Assembly (NCBI GenBank): GCA_963708075.1
Contig: OY970194.1
Location: 3,872,001 to 3,936,000, forward strand
DNA length: 64,000 bases
Reading direction: 5' to 3'
Source: Sedimentisphaerales bacterium
GTDB lineage: Bacteria > Planctomycetota > Phycisphaerae > Sedimentisphaerales > Anaerobacaceae
Positions 62,144 through 64,000 of the stretch are shown in pieces. The position numbers and the translations under genes are program-made. The notes under the pieces were generated by a model that saw only the letters and a list, made by a program, of their open reading frames with translations, made no database searches and was not told the DNA's origin. Position 1 is the first letter of the stretch, and every line of letters starts with the position of its first letter.

Positions 62144-64000
62144 TTATTCCTCCCACGGATTAGGGGCGAGGATGATTTGCCGCTGGGCCGTGTACGGGGC
62201 TTGCGGCGATGCAATGGTTCTGGCCTGAAGCGTGTAGATGCCGCACTGGAGGCCACGACTTTCGAACGCGCCGCGCAGGGAGCCGGGCACTGCTTTGTGC
62301 GTTTGCTCTGCAACGAGCCTGTCGCCGGTCAACAGGGAGACCTTGATTTCGCCGCTCGCAAAGGCGGCGCTGACAGTCCACGGAATGATTTCGCCCGCAT
62401 AGTATTCGTCGAGCGGCGTCATAATGGTCAGCGGCGGCTCTTCGATGCCTTGCAGCGAAACGTCATCAATGTAGAAGAGAGCTTTCCGGGCTGCTTCGGG
62501 ATCATCAGGGGCAGGGCAACTGATATGAATGTCCAAATTCTCGAAATCGCCACGTAAGCGGCCCTGGGCCTCAAAGCGGTTCCAGACGGCGGGGTCGTCC
62601 ACGCCGCCCTGGTAGCTGATCCCATCCAGAAAATCCTGCTTGCCGAACTCGCGCAGTGTCATCCCCGGCACGGCCGTCCCACCGCCGAGCCGAAGCCAGT
62701 AGCCAACCTTGACGCGCTTGCCACGCAGTTGCCGGGCCGCCTCTTGAGGCACCTGTACGTTAACGATGAGGTAGCGTTTGCCGTCGTAGACAGAGCCTTT
62801 CCCCGCTGCCTTGCTGAAATCCCACTTCAAGCAATAGCGGCCTGAGTGGGCGACTTCGTCGGTCACGCTCAAGGCGTCCACAGGCTTTTCCTCCGACTTC
62901 GAGTACTGGTCGGCAATGTAATACGATGGAACGGGAAAGCCGTCGGCCTGTGGGCCGGCCTCGAACGACGGATCGCCAATGAGGTTGGGGCCGACCTGTT
63001 CCGCTGCGGCCGGGTTGGTCACGACGGCCGGGAAGGAGAGCGCCAGGTCCTGATCGCCCATCAGACTGAGGATTTCGCGCGCCATGCGCCAGCGATAGCG
63101 GGTGAAGGCCAACGGATTGTCGATGGTGGGCGCGTTGGGATCCAGGAGCGGCTCCAGGACGCGCTGCGGCCCGTTGCGCGGCTTCGGTTTGGCCGCGTTC
63201 TCTGGCTTGCCGAATCTGTTGCTGTAGCGTGGCCACATAGCGGCAATCGTCTACGCCTTCGCGGCAGAGTTCCCAGTAAATGGTCGGCGTCGGCGCATCG
63301 ACGCCCGGGAAAACCACGTTCCAATCCTTGTGGCCGCCGTCGAAGTCATTGTGGGGATTGGCTTGCGTGGCGTCGAATCCCCACGCCGTGGCGACTTCGG
63401 CGCCGGAGCGGAGGAACTCAAGGCCCATGTTGCCACGCGAAGCCAGCGTGCTGTGTCCATAGAATATGCCGTTCTCGTAATACCAGAACGGATGTCCCTG
63501 TCGGGCTTCTCGCACGACTTTGTTGCGGTTGTAATGGCCATACGCGTAGATGCGCACGTCCACGCGGTCGCCGAGGCGCTGCACGTCGCCGGCGGTCAGG
63601 GTGGTGGCGGTCTTACAGCCGGGCACCTCATGGACAAACCCCAGGACATTCTCGGCAAAGAGCATGCGGTTGGCCGTCTTGTTGTTGCCCGGCTCATCGA
63701 TGGGATAGAAGTACAGCGAGGGCCAGCCACGGCGCTGCGCTTCCTCATGGATGTACTTGACGAGCCCGACAATCGCCTGGCGCGCCTTGGGGCTGAACGT
63801 GCCGGGGACGTGTTCCTTGCCAGGCTCCGCAAGACCATACTCCAGGTTCCGAAAGGTGTATTCGCAGCCGATCGCCACAGGCGTGCTGGAGCCCAGCGTC
63901 TTCCAGTACTCCAGGTCCCGTGCGAGCCCGGATATGTCGTAGGTGAAACCGCCGTCGGGGTTCTCCGTCACGCCGAAGTAGTAGTTGAATATGGCCAGGT
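62144..64000 (-). CDS. DUF4091/GH123-like protein with C-terminal carbohydrate-binding-like domain (5'-truncated; frameshift near 63167)
   Basis: YFYPIDEP, WELCREGVDDCRY, NLIGDPSFE, AHSG..CLK, YIDDVSL. ORFs 62760-63971 and 62144-63238 join at AQRA/QRVLEPLL. Confidence 0.6.

Overview
GC-rich, gene-dense bacterial window. Gene content suggests Planctomycetota, probably Phycisphaerae/Sedimentisphaerales-like (inference only). It has three parts. (1) 1-24.9 kb is a secretion island: a type II secretion operon (gspC-D-E-F-G-H-I-J-K, running off the left edge) headed by a myxosortase/JDVT-like CPBP intramembrane protease, two signal-peptide-bearing putative cysteine proteases, an ECF sigma factor plus a 177-aa partner, and a divergent operon. 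The divergent operon encodes a ~1800-aa modular secreted protein, an internally deleted duplicate of its C-terminal module, a membrane Ser/Thr kinase and a prepilin-like protein. (2) 25-49.5 kb is a cluster of 11 Cys-type sulfatase genes (12 catalytic domains) with an octaheme cytochrome c-HEAT-TPR protein, a GH2-like protein and a Tat-signal sugar isomerase-like protein. (3) 49.7-64 kb holds a TolB-like lipoprotein/DUF6057 pair, a UroD-family/RhaT/RhaM/giant glycoside hydrolase operon and a partial DUF4091-like gene. Several unrelated REP-like palindromes and heptamer repeats sit in frame inside proteins. About eight single-base frameshifts are most likely sequencing errors. No rRNA, tRNA, CRISPR array or transposase was seen. 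Family names come from motif recognition, not database searches.
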